Virus record (IMG/VR): IMGVR_UViG_3300025057_000003
Location: 1 to 64,000 of that record
Direction: 5' to 3' (one strand)
DNA from: a virus
Length of the DNA: 64,000 nt
Under the pieces are notes generated by a model. That model worked only from the letters and a program-made list of their open reading frames with translations, ran no database searches and was not told the origin of the DNA. Of this stretch, positions 48,402 to 60,700 are shown one piece after another (within the stretch, counting starts at the first letter, position 1; every line of letters begins with the position of its first letter). Made by a program: the position numbers and the translations under genes.

Positions 48402-51400
48402 ATGGCAACGTATATACCAGGAGTAGGAAGTTATTTACCAGAATTTAAACCGTTTACACCGGACTATAAATTCTTGTCTAATGTTTTAGATACAAAGACT
48501 ACAAAGTATGAAACTAACTTTAAAGCATTAAATGATGTTTACAGTAAAGTTGTATATGGTAATCTTTCTAGAAAAGATACTCAGGAGATGCGTGATCAGT
48601 ACGCTGAAAGCTTAGCACCTAAACTTCAACAAATTGCAGGATCTGATTTATCAATGGCTCAAAATGTTGAAGCAGCTAAAGGTTTATTCAGACCTTTCTT
48701 TGAAGAAGATCTTATTGTTAAAGATCTAGCTATGACTAAGAAGTATAGGAATGAAATGCAATATGCCGACATGCTTAAGAATTCTACAGTAAAAGAAGAA
48801 AGAGAAAAGTACTGGCAAACTGGTGTTCAAAAGATGCAATATGAAATGCAAGATTTTGTTGATGCACAAGAGGATAAAGCATTGCGAATGGGAATGATTC
48901 AATATACTCCTGATTCAGACTTGTATCAAATGGCCATGAATTATTTAAATGAATCTGAACTTGGTACAGATGTAATTACAGAAATATCTGAAAATGGTGA
49001 GTGGATGATCCATAGAAAGAATGGAGATTTAATAACTAATGAAGCTTTAACTATGGTGCAAAAGGCACTTAAGGATGATCCAATGGTTGTTAATGCTTAT
49101 CATGCTGCAGAATTTGTTAAGTCAAGACAATATGCGGACCAAGGTATCAAAGAAGGCAGATTTCAAACAATTGATCAAGGTCAACATGAATGGGCTACAA
49201 ATAAAATTGCGGAGATTGAAGCTGAAATAGAAAAAAGAAAAGCAGCATTAGAATCTCAAAAGAAGAAAGCAGAAGAAAAAAATACAGCTTGGCAAAATGC
49301 GCAAAAGCAAAACGGCATTATAAAAGGAAGTGAAGAAGAAAAATTAAAGAATAGCAATAAATCTGATTTAGAGGCATTACGAGAAAGGCTTAATGAATTA
49401 AATCTTTTAGAAGCAGATCAACCTGAATCAGAAAAAAAGTTTAAGACTACGGGTGAATATGATCCTGCAGATACACAATCTCTACTATACAGAGCATATG
49501 GTTTAAGCATGAACTATAACATGGAATCAGATTTACAGGCTGCGGCTTTAAACTATTCTAAGAAGGACGCAATGGTAAAACTAGAGGCCAATGAATATGC
49601 AGTGCTAGCAAAAAGGCATAAATATGATATGGATAAACTTGCAGCTCAGCATGAGTATAAGAAGAGAGAGATGCAAATCAAAGATGCATATGATAAACAA
49701 AATATTGCATTAAAAGCTCAACTTGAAGCTGAGGCTTCTGGTATAGATAAGTTGGATGGTTTAGGTTCTGATGTAATAACTGGAGAAGATGGAACTGTAA
49801 GAGGCGGTTACACAAATGAAGATGGAGAGTTTGAGATGGACGGAGATTATATAGATAATCAAAAAGGCGGAATTGCAGATAGACAACAAGAAGTTAATGC
49901 CTCAAAAGTCAACTTCTTAATTAAAAATTTAGAAAAACAAAAAGATCAAACTAATAGCGGATCAGGTTTACTTAAGTTTGGAAACTTAGAACCAATGACT
50001 TCTCAACAACTCCAAAAATTATTAATAACTGATGGGAAGTTAAATGATAAATATAAAGGTGAGTTTAATAAAGCATTTGAAAGTCTTTCTAAAAATATAA
50101 GAGATATTGATCCAACGGTTGAAGCATTTGCGGATGGTTCACCATTATATTTTACTCAAGGAAATGAAGCTGCTGAATATGCTGCATTACGTAGTGAGTT
50201 AGATAATATAGAAAGTACAGAACTTCAACTTAATCATGCTTTAGAACAGTTATATAAAACTTCTAAAAGCAATCTAGATATAGCTATTACAACTAACTTT
50301 GATACTGACTATGATGAGGAAACTCAAGAGTTACTTCAAAAAGCAGTTATGGAATATGGCGCTCCTTCATTGTTTTATACAAATGAGAATGGCGTTGTTG
50401 ATATGTATGATGAAGATGAATACTTAGATGTATTTGCTGAATGGTCTAAAAAGAATGGAAATAAAGTATCTATAAAAGATACAAAGTATGATGATACTGC
50501 TTGGTATACAGGACGTGGTTCTGAAAGAATGGCTGTTGGTGATACCTGGGCAGGTTTAGGTCATGGTAAAAGTGAGACTATTACGTATGAAACTAGAAGA
50601 GTAAGTGATGGTCTTGGTGGAGCTTATATGCAGGTTCCTGTTAAAAGGTTAGGCTCTACTTTAGAATGGCAAAGAGATATATCTGATACACAAGCCCGTG
50701 ATTTTTATTCATCAATGAAAGAACTAAGCAACTTAGCTATTAGAGGAAAGCTTGAGTCTGTTCAAACAGTTACAGATAAAAAAGGAGATCTTGCCTCAGT
50801 TGGTAATAAGTTTGATGTATATGATGTTGAGCAAGCATTACGCGGGGTTGATAAAGCTAATATGACTGCAGGTGAAATAATGAATGTTCCTGCATATAGA
50901 GTCCTACTAGATCCAAGGGCTGTTACAGATGATGCTGCAATGTTTATAAAAGAAATAGATAAACTTGTCAATCAAAAAATGACAGAGCAAATGACATTTG
51001 GTGAGTATGCTTTTAATGAAGCATCTAAAGAAAGTAGTTATTGGGATGATGCAGATATAATTTCAGATAAAAATAATGATGATATGTTTAATTACGACAA
51101 AGCAGAACCTTTACTTAAACAGTATATAAGAGACCTTACAAAAAGAAGAAGCACAGATAGTAAATCAGTATCAGATTATCCAATAGCTGAAATTACATAC
51201 TATCCGTCATGGACTTCAAATAATAAAGAAGAAATGAATTCTCCTTATGCTGGATATGAAATTGAATTTAGTGAGGAGTATTTAGATGGTTTAAGAAAAG
51301 AAGGAGGTCTTTTGCACAACGTTAAAGGAAACAAGCTTAGTATCATTATAGATAGAGAGCAAGATCAAAATCCTAGAAAACTAGGTAAAATGAATTATTC

Positions 51401-51761
51401 ATATGTTGCATCTTCAATAGCAACTAGTGATGATGCAAGCTTCACACGATCTATTCCAAATGGTGGTTCATTTTCTATTTTCCAAGGTGTAGATGGTCAG
51501 TATAATATTAAAACTCAATTGTTGCAGTGGGATAATGAACAAGGTAAATTTATGTCTAGCGTCTTTGTTAAAGCAATGGAAGATGATAGGGGTGTTCCAA
51601 TAACTCAAGCCAATAGAAATTACTTAGATTTTTATATGAATCAATTTTTATATGAATTTGAAAAAATTGGAACTAGCCAAACAGATTTAAAAAATGCTTG
51701 GAAGAAAGCTAATCCTACTGCTTTAGTTGAAGAACCAGAAATGTTATTTGCAAATAATTAA
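48402..51761 (+). CDS. Large putative ejected (internal) virion protein
   Basis: 1119 aa, coiled-coil rich, directly upstream of the virion RNAP gene. Confidence 0.7.
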   Translation: MATYIPGVGSYLPEFKPFTPDYKFLSNVLDTKTTKYETNFKALNDVYSKVVYGNLSRKDTQEMRDQYAESLAPKLQQIAGSDLSMAQNVEAAKGLFRPFFEEDLIVKDLAMTKKYRNEMQYADMLKNSTVKEEREKYWQTGVQKMQYEMQDFVDAQEDKALRMGMIQYTPDSDLYQMAMNYLNESELGTDVITEISENGEWMIHRKNGDLITNEALTMVQKALKDDPMVVNAYHAAEFVKSRQYADQGIKEGRFQTIDQGQHEWATNKIAEIEAEIEKRKAALESQKKKAEEKNTAWQNAQKQNGIIKGSEEEKLKNSNKSDLEALRERLNELNLLEADQPESEKKFKTTGEYDPADTQSLLYRAYGLSMNYNMESDLQAAALNYSKKDAMVKLEANEYAVLAKRHKYDMDKLAAQHEYKKREMQIKDAYDKQNIALKAQLEAEASGIDKLDGLGSDVITGEDGTVRGGYTNEDGEFEMDGDYIDNQKGGIADRQQEVNASKVNFLIKNLEKQKDQTNSGSGLLKFGNLEPMTSQQLQKLLITDGKLNDKYKGEFNKAFESLSKNIRDIDPTVEAFADGSPLYFTQGNEAAEYAALRSELDNIESTELQLNHALEQLYKTSKSNLDIAITTNFDTDYDEETQELLQKAVMEYGAPSLFYTNENGVVDMYDEDEYLDVFAEWSKKNGNKVSIKDTKYDDTAWYTGRGSERMAVGDTWAGLGHGKSETITYETRRVSDGLGGAYMQVPVKRLGSTLEWQRDISDTQARDFYSSMKELSNLAIRGKLESVQTVTDKKGDLASVGNKFDVYDVEQALRGVDKANMTAGEIMNVPAYRVLLDPRAVTDDAAMFIKEIDKLVNQKMTEQMTFGEYAFNEASKESSYWDDADIISDKNNDDMFNYDKAEPLLKQYIRDLTKRRSTDSKSVSDYPIAEITYYPSWTSNNKEEMNSPYAGYEIEFSEEYLDGLRKEGGLLHNVKGNKLSIIIDREQDQNPRKLGKMNYSYVASSIATSDDASFTRSIPNGGSFSIFQGVDGQYNIKTQLLQWDNEQGKFMSSVFVKAMEDDRGVPITQANRNYLDFYMNQFLYEFEKIGTSQTDLKNAWKKANPTALVEEPEMLFANN

Positions 51762-51765
51762 ACAT

Positions 51766-54700
51766 ATGTCAAATTTAGATAATACGGTATTTAATAATGA
51801 AATTGCAAATACTCCAGTTGGTGTTCCACCGGATCAGTTTACATTTGAAACAATTTCAGATTTAGAGATACCTGCAGATCTTGAAGCTTTTGATGAAGCT
51901 GTAGATCCGCAGTATCAAGCAATGTTAAACTCTGCTTCAGATGAGATTAACAAAACTATTGCATCTCCGATAGCTAATATGAATAATTTACCTGGTGCGG
52001 CTGGAGGAAGATATAATCCTGCTGCTCAGCAAGAAATACCCTCTCCAGATACAATGGAAGGTAAAATTAGATTATTTCAGAATATTAATAAAAGAACTCC
52101 TCAAATAAGTAAGACGGATAATATATTTGGAGATAATACTGTAAATATAAAAGATCCAACATATTCTGGTATAGCTGCAACGCAGTTTGATAGATATTAT
52201 GCTCATCCTGCTTTTTCTAGATTAGGGTTTCGTCCTTATAGAAATAATGAAGAGTTTTACAATACCCATAGTAGTGGTTGGGAAGATGCTCAACGTATGT
52301 TTGGCCAACTAAATAAACTTATGGGAACTGGTTATCTAAGTTCTTATAGAAGCTGGTTTGAGGATGATGTAATGGATCTTAAGTCTGCTATTGAATATGA
52401 AGACGCTGTAAGAATAGGTAGTTCTAGTAGAGGCGGTTTTGGTGCTGGTCTTAATAACTTTGTATTAAACTCAGGTTATACTTTAGGTATTATTGGTTCA
52501 ATTGCAGTTGAAGAACTTGCAATGTGGGGAGCTACTGTAGCTTTAGGTTTAGCAACTCCTGTTACAGGCGGGGCTTCTGGTGCTGCTGCTGTAGCAACAG
52601 GTACAGCTGCTGCTGCAAGAACTGCATATAATGCTGGCAGATTGGCAAAAGCATTTAGATCTATAGGTCAAAGTTTTAAAATAGGTAAGGCATTTCAGGC
52701 TACAAGAACAATGGTTAACAGCTTTAAGAATATAGATAAAGTAAGAGACTTACATTCAGCTGTTAGAGGAACCGGAAATGTTTTAGGTAAGATACTTGCA
52801 CCTGAAACAGTAAGAGCATTTAAACAATTAAATAGTGCTAAAAAAGCTGGTGAAAATATAACAAACATGGCAAAAGTTTCTAAGACAATTGGAGGCTTTT
52901 ATAGGGATCTTAGATCAATGAACTTTGCTTTGTCTGAAGGTAGAATGGAAGGTGGTTCTGTATATAAAGAACAATGGGAAAAAGAATTTATAATTGCATT
53001 AGATAAAAATAGAGAAGCCGGTTTAGGGGATAACTTATCATATGAGCAACTGCAAGGTGTAAATGAAAGAGCTAAGGCTGCAGCATTAACAACAACATTG
53101 TTTAATGCTCCAGTTATATATTTGTCTAATCAGTTGCTTTTAGGAAATGCCTTTGGTGGATATAAAAGAAGTATAAATCAAATTGCTAGAGAAGGTATTG
53201 AGGGTGCCGCATCTAGAGTTATTAGAGGAAAGGCTGCAACTAAAGTTATAAAAGATACTGTTAAAAAACAAGCAGGAAAGGAAGCTGGAAAGCAAGGTAA
53301 AAGACAAGTACAAAAACAATTATATGAAAGTGTAGAAGATGGTTTTATGAACTGGAGATCTACACTTAAGAAAGTAAAATCAGCTGGTCTAAGAGGCGGT
53401 GCTACTATGGCTGGTGCAGCTGCTCTACGATTTACTGCAAATAATTTATCTGAAGGTATTCAGGAAGTTTATCAAGAAGCCGTAGCAGAAGGTATTAAAG
53501 ATTACTATACTAATTTAGCATTTGATCCTTTAGCTGGAGGATCAGATATGTTTAATGCATCATTAAGTCATGGTATAAAATCACAAATGAGTGCTCAAGG
53601 TTTACATACTTTTGCATCTGGATTTTTCATGAGTACTTTAGTTGGGGGACCTCAAAAATTAATATTCCAAACAATGCCTGAATTGTATCAGGCAACATTT
53701 AACAAGGAACAATATCAAAATTATAAAGCTCAAAAAGAAGCTGAAGTAACTAGAATAGTAGATTCCATGAATGAGTATGGTGATGCACTTGCTCAAGATC
53801 CAACTAATTTATTTGGTCTTGAAAAAATGCAATATGCTACTCAAAAACAAGCAGCAGAAGCAATGGAAGAAGCTCAAGCAAATGATGATTTGATGGGCTT
53901 TATTGACATGAAGGATCATGCTAAGTTCCATAATATGTTTACTTTATTTGAAACTGGGAAAACAGATTTCTTTAAAGAACAGCTTGAAGATTATTTATCA
54001 TTAACAGATCAAGAGTTAGCTGAAGCATTTCCAGATAGAAAAGCAGATGCAAAATCAGGAAAGCTTAGGAATAGTATACAAAATCAGATTACTAAGCTTG
54101 ATAAAATGGAGCAATGGTTTGCTCAAAATAAAGATAAAATTCAAGTTACAGCAAAGCCGGAAAACTTTGAAAAAGGTAGTAGAGAACATCAAGATGAGCA
54201 AATAAAATTTTTAGCGCAAAGACATGCTAAGTATTTATATCTATTTACTAAAGATGGATTTGAAAGAGCTGCAGAAAGAACAGATGCTATATATGAAAAA
54301 CTAGCAACAGATCCTATAATAAAAGATTTAGCTGCAAATGATCTTACAGTATTTTTAACCAAAGATGCTTTACTAACAGAGATTGGACAACTTAAAGGTG
54401 AGGTAGAAATTCTTGGCGATCCAGGTTCAAAACAAGCAAAAAAACAGAAAGAAAAAAAGCTAGCACATTTAGAAAAGATAGCGGATGTACTATACAATGA
54501 AGAATATCTAAATAAAGATGGGAGCTTTGATAAAAGGAGAATTGGAAAACTTATGCCATTAATAGGCGCTTATCTAGATGATGTAGCTAAAACTAGAAAT
54601 GGCTTTGTAGATAATGAAATGCTTTTGGATACTGTTAAGAGTATTATTGATCATAATCATTTAAGTGTTAGACAAGCAATGTATGATAGAGCTCTTAGAG

Positions 54701-57700
54701 TAATGACTGATCCAGCATATCTAGATGATTTGCTTACAGCTGGTAAGTTATATTTTAAATTTGCTTATGAAAATAGAAAGGCTTTATTTAGAGAGGCTAT
54801 TGAAAAATTTATTAATAAGCAAGAGATAAACCAACTCTTAAATGCACTTGCAGATTTAGGTGTATATCCAGATATGGATAGTACAATACTATTTTCACAA
54901 ACAGGAGATCCAAAAGATCTAGGGTCATTTTATAATGCTGAAGGTATAGTAAATAAAGTAGATGATCCAGAGCTATATGAAAAGATTGAAAATGCAATTG
55001 ATATATATAGACAAACTGCAACAGATGCATTAAAAAAAGCTGCAGAAAAAGCCAAGAAAGAAGCTGAAGAAGAAGCTAAAGCTAGAACTGCAGAAAAAGC
55101 ATCAAGTAGTGTTGATCAAATATTAGCAGAAGAAGGTGTAGATGCACCCGAGTCTAAGATTATAGGTAAAACAAAAGAAGAATCCCCTGTATTAGATCAA
55201 ACTCTGCAAAGATTGTTTTCTGAAATGAAGGCTTTAGGTCTTAAAAAAGGCTTTACTATAAATCCATCTTGGGAAAAATTTCTTGAAAGTGATTTAGCCA
55301 AAGAGCATATAACTGCTTATAATGGTCTTAAAAAACTTTGGTATCAAACTCTTACAGCCTTACCGGAAGAAGAGAGAATGAATAGATTTAATAAAGACAT
55401 AGGATTTATTGATTGGTTAAAGCTTCAAGGCACTAATGATCTTGTACAAAAAGTTTTAGCAGAAAGTGCTATTGGTGTTGGTGCTATAAGAATTCAAGCT
55501 TTTATACCAGAAGTAGAAGCTGAAATTAGGTCAGATGAAAAAAGAGAAGTAGATTCAAAAACTAGTGACTCTATCAATATTCAGACTAGATTAATTTTTG
55601 ATCATTCTACAGGAGAACAAACAACAATATTTATTCTTACGGATAAAAACAATAATATAATAGATGAAGAAATTTATACATCAGTAGGTATAGATCCAAT
55701 AAGAGCTAATGCTGGATTCCGTACAAGGAAAGAAGCCAATGATGCAATAAAGCTAATGGCTAATTTAGTTCCTGTAACTGCAAGCTTTACTTTTGATGGT
55801 CAGACTTTAACCTATGCTGATGTTGTAGAAGATATAAATACTAAAAAGAAATATGTTATTATATCAGATGCAAATACAGTTGACAGGTATGGTAATCTTC
55901 TATTAATGAAAATAGAAGATATAGGTAAACTTAATCCCAAACAAGCAATAGCCAAAGCAGTTAAAAGCAAGGAGTTAAATTTATCTGAAGGTGATTTTCA
56001 GAAAAGATTTGCAACGGAACAATTGAATGCTGGCATAGCTTCTTTACCTGCAAATGTTACTAAATTAAACGTAAGAGAAGCTACAAGATTAATTCCTCAT
56101 AGAACTAACTTTGATACAAACTTCCCTGAAAATGAAGAGCTTGCTAGAAGACGTTATGATTTTATAATTAAAAATCTTACACCAGAGCAGTTAAAACAAT
56201 TAAAAGTTAAAGTAAGAGTAAGACCTGATGGTGGGAAAGATATAGGTTATGTTAAGTTTGAAGATAAGGCAGCAAATCCATTTATTAAAAAAACTAGAGC
56301 TCCTTATGATATAGAGATAATAGTTCCTGATGAGATACTTTCACCTATACTTGAAAAATTACCAAAAGAAATTAAAAAACCTGAAGGTAATGCATTAGGT
56401 TATATACCTAACGGTAACGTTGTACTTTTGGATAGAACTAATGGTACTGTTATAAATCCTTTGAGTATTACAGCAGATCAAGTAAAGGATTTATTTGATA
56501 TTACCGGAAGCAGCAAAGAACAAGCTGCTGAAGATATTAAGCAAAATTTTGCAATTCAGTTTACAATTATGAACTCAATTGCAGAAAAGCTAGGAGATTC
56601 TGCAGAAATGGAAATGAGCCTTGAGGATATAGGAGGTGTTAATTTCTTTAGTACTCCAGGAGCAATGTTATTTGATGGGATAGACAAACCTGTAAATGAT
56701 TTAAATATTAGAACGGTTGACGGTCTAACTATTATATTAGAAAATACTAAGCTAAAGAATGGCAAGGTAGCTACTAGATTAATACATAATGGTGAACGCG
56801 GTGAGGGTCCAACACTTCAGAGAAAGATTAAAAATGAAATGGATGCTCAAAATCCTAATTTATATGAGGGAGCTACAGGAACGTCTAGATATACAATGGT
56901 TGTAAAAAGTGCTTCAGGAGTATATTCTTACTTTCCAGTTAAAACACCACCATTATCCGATGAGTCTTTGCAAACTATAGCTGACACTCTTATAAAAAGA
57001 TCTGTAGAAACAGCCAAAGAAAACTTTACTTTAGAAGGCAAGGGAAAAACACAAAAGACAAAACTTAAAAATCTACAATATAATAGTACGTTTAATGCAG
57101 ACTTAAATTCTAATGAGTCACAAGATATTCCTAAATTCTATATTGCAGGTAAACCCGGATATACTTTTGAATTAGCTGTAACAGCAAATGGATCTGTATC
57201 AATTAAAGTTTATGATAGAAAATTACAACAATCTCAATATGTAGGACTTTCTGCAGAAGACGTGGCTACATATGCCGAATCAGAAAACAAAGCAGATTTT
57301 ATAAAAGCATTAATAACTAATTATAATGATTATCTATCTAATCTTGATCCTGAAAAAGTAGATACAAAAAAGAAAGCATTCTTTACAAATCTTAAGAAAA
57401 ATGGTGCATTAAAAGAGAATGCGCTTAAAGAATCTTTTGAAGAGCTTGCTCCAGCTGAAGAAATTTCTGATGCTGTAACAACACAGGTTGGACCTAGTGT
57501 TAGAAAAAAGTCTGCCTTAGTTGCAAATATTAGTGGAGTAGATTCTCAGAATATAAAATCTACACCTATTATATCTAGAACAACTAGTGGTGTATTTACA
57601 CCAAGTGAAAGATTTACAGATGCCCAAGGTAAGCCAATACCTAAAGGGCCTGCTATGACTACATCAACTGAGTCATTAAATATAGCTGGAGAAATTGGAA

Positions 57701-60700
57701 GCTTAGAACAGCTTAGTGATGATGAGTTTACTGAATTACAATCAAAAGACTTTTTAACATTAACTAAAGATCAGCAAGAATATTTAGCAAAAAGAGTTGC
57801 AACTCTAAAACAAGAGGAGTTAACAGATAGAGAGCTAACCGTATTAAGTTCTCCTGCGTCTAGTTTAATTAATGTTAGAGCTCAGGCATATAAGATAAAT
57901 GAAGGTCAACCTAAATCTAATGCAACAAGTGCAAGTACAATTGAGAATCAAAAGAAAGAGGTATCACTTGAAAAGCAATTAGAAGATCTTAAGTCTCAGT
58001 TAGACGCTAGAATGAATCAAGTTAAAGAAAATAACTCTGATCTTTTTGGTTTAGCTTTAATAAAAGCAATACAACAGGATAGCACTGTTAAGAGTCTTGA
58101 AAAGAAAATTCAAGAGGTTAGATTAAAACAAGGTGGCGCTAATAAAATATCAGATGATTTATCATTAGATGATGTAAGGCACATTGATGAGTTTGCTGCA
58201 TGGGCTGCTTCCAATTTACCTGAATTTATTACACTAGATAATATTGCAACTTTAACAGACAATATGAAGTCTGGTGGAGAAAGAGTGGGTGCTTTTGTTA
58301 TGTCTCTTGAAAAAATAGCAGGTAAAGAGAGAATAGGCGGTAAGTTATATGTTGGAGCAACATCTAAGTATGCATACCATGAAGCTTTCCATTCTGTATT
58401 TAGATTGCTATTAACAAAAGAACAACAAGAACAATACTATAAACTAGCTAAGAAAGAAGTTCTAGCTAAATTACGTGGAGAAGGTAAAAGCTTAAAAGAA
58501 GAAATAGAAGGTTTAAGAAATACAGACATTGCTAAATATAAAGATTACTCAAATGATAGAATGGAGAAAGAGTATTTGGAAGAATACATGGCAGATGAAT
58601 TTGAAGTCTTCAAACAAAGTCCAAGAAAAACAAAGACAGATTCTTGGATCAAGTCTCTTTTTAATAAAATACTTGAGTGGATTAGAAATGTTCTTGGGAA
58701 TTTCAACGGGCCTCAGCTTAGCCTCTTGTATAAAGATATTAGTTCAGGTAAATATAGACAGGCTGAAGTGGTGTCAAACCCATTTACGGATGATTTATTT
58801 AGTGGCGCTACTATTGACGCTAGTAAGCTTATTAGGTATAAAAAAGAAGTTTTAGAAAATGGAAAGGAGTTATATAAAAACCTTCCAAATAAACAGAGTG
58901 TTGGTATTATATCATCTATTGCAGCTAGAGTTGTTGATCTAGAAATGAAAAATGAAAGTGCAGACTTTGATATTAAGGATGCAGTAAAAAAGTCAATAGA
59001 GTTATACAAGGATTTATATAATCCAGATAATGCTCAGTATAGAAATTTATCTATACAGCAGCTTTTAGATGTAGGTAATATCTATGAAGCCTTTACTAAT
59101 TATGATAAAGATATATTAGAAAGTGTTGTAGATACTCTGGCAATTTATGATATCAAGCTAGAAGTAATTGAAGAATTAGATGAGGAGAATGAAGTAGAAT
59201 ATGGTTTAAGAACTACAGAACAATACGGTAAAGATGCTTCTCAAATAGGAGGAGCTAGATCACTATCTTCATTTTTAAGAAAGTATATTGCATCAACTAC
59301 ATTATCAGAAAAAGATGAATTTGGGAATGAGTATTTGAGCAATGGAGAACGTTTAATTGTTCCTGTAGATTTTAGTGTAGCATATTCTGGCTTCTTAAAA
59401 GCTGCAGCTGGTACAACAGATCCTATAAGAATTTTACAAAAGTTATATATATTTTCACAAAATAACCCACAAACAAGAGCAATTGTAGAAAGGTTATATG
59501 GAGATTTAAATTTAGTTTGGGAAGATCAACTTGAAGATGGTATTATACCAGCAGAAACTAGCAATAATTTATTGTTCCAATCAATGCTAAAAGGTTTTGA
59601 AAACTTTAAGATTGATTACTTATTCTTACATACAAATACAAAAGATGGTTCCGTAGTAGGTTATTCTGCTGCAAATAGAGATGATGCTCATACTCAAATT
59701 GAGAGATGGGAAACTGAGTATAAACATAGAAGAAGATTATACTTAGCAGATCCTAAATTAAAAGAAGAAGCTTCTGATGAACTTGCTAGACTATTGGAGT
59801 TTATCAATACTGATCAGCCTATAAATAAAATGACTAATGTTAAATTAGCAGAGGTATCAAAGAATATATCAGAGGCGCTAGCTAAAACAATGGGTATCAA
59901 ACTCCATCCTGATTATATTGCATATACTATTGCAAACAATATTACTAAACCAACTAAATATCAATCAGCATTATTAGAATCTCAAAAAGATGTTATTCTA
60001 ATAGATCCAGAGGCTATAATGTATATGAAGCAACAGTTTGATGGAGATGCAGATTTAATGTCACAGGCTGAAGACGAAGGTGTTTATAATAGATTGAGGA
60101 GATTAGGTTTAGGTAATGCAATGTTTGATGAAACAGTTGGAGCATCAGTCTTCAAAAATGCTAATGGAGATTTAGTTTATTCTCATCAATTGCCTACAAT
60201 GCACTTGAAAAAAATGGCAGAGCTAAATGATATTGTTAGCGATCCTACTAAAGTTGCAGAGCTTATTGAAAATGAACCTTACGTTGCAACTAATTATTTA
60301 TTAAATGATCCGGCATTCCGTCAAATGGCTAAGGAAGGCTTGCTTAAAATAACTAGAATATCTGGTAGTAAATCAAGTAAAGGTATTGAAGTAGATAGTG
60401 ATGGAGGTGTAATTGAAGGATATGATAGAAATGAAAAAGGAACTGTTTATGGAGATTATGATCCTAAACAATTCTTGGCTTCTTTGCTAAGCGCTTATAT
60501 ATCAGGTGTTAATCCAAAGTCTGGTAGATTGCAAGCTGGTGTAATTCCAGAGGGTCAAGATGATATGGTTGCATTAGCTCCGGTATTACTGAGAGTTATT
60601 GAAGCATCTAACACTGGTGACTTGTCTGCCTTACCTATAATAAAAGCAGTTGAAGAAAATGCAAAGGGTGAAGCTCAAATTACAGATCAAGCTTTAGACG

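Noticed and set aside
5144-50971. Numerous short antisense or alternate-frame ORFs inside large genes (e.g. 38516-39067, 22669-23112, 47155-47508)
   Set aside because: They are shadow ORFs with no motifs, lying inside well-supported genes.
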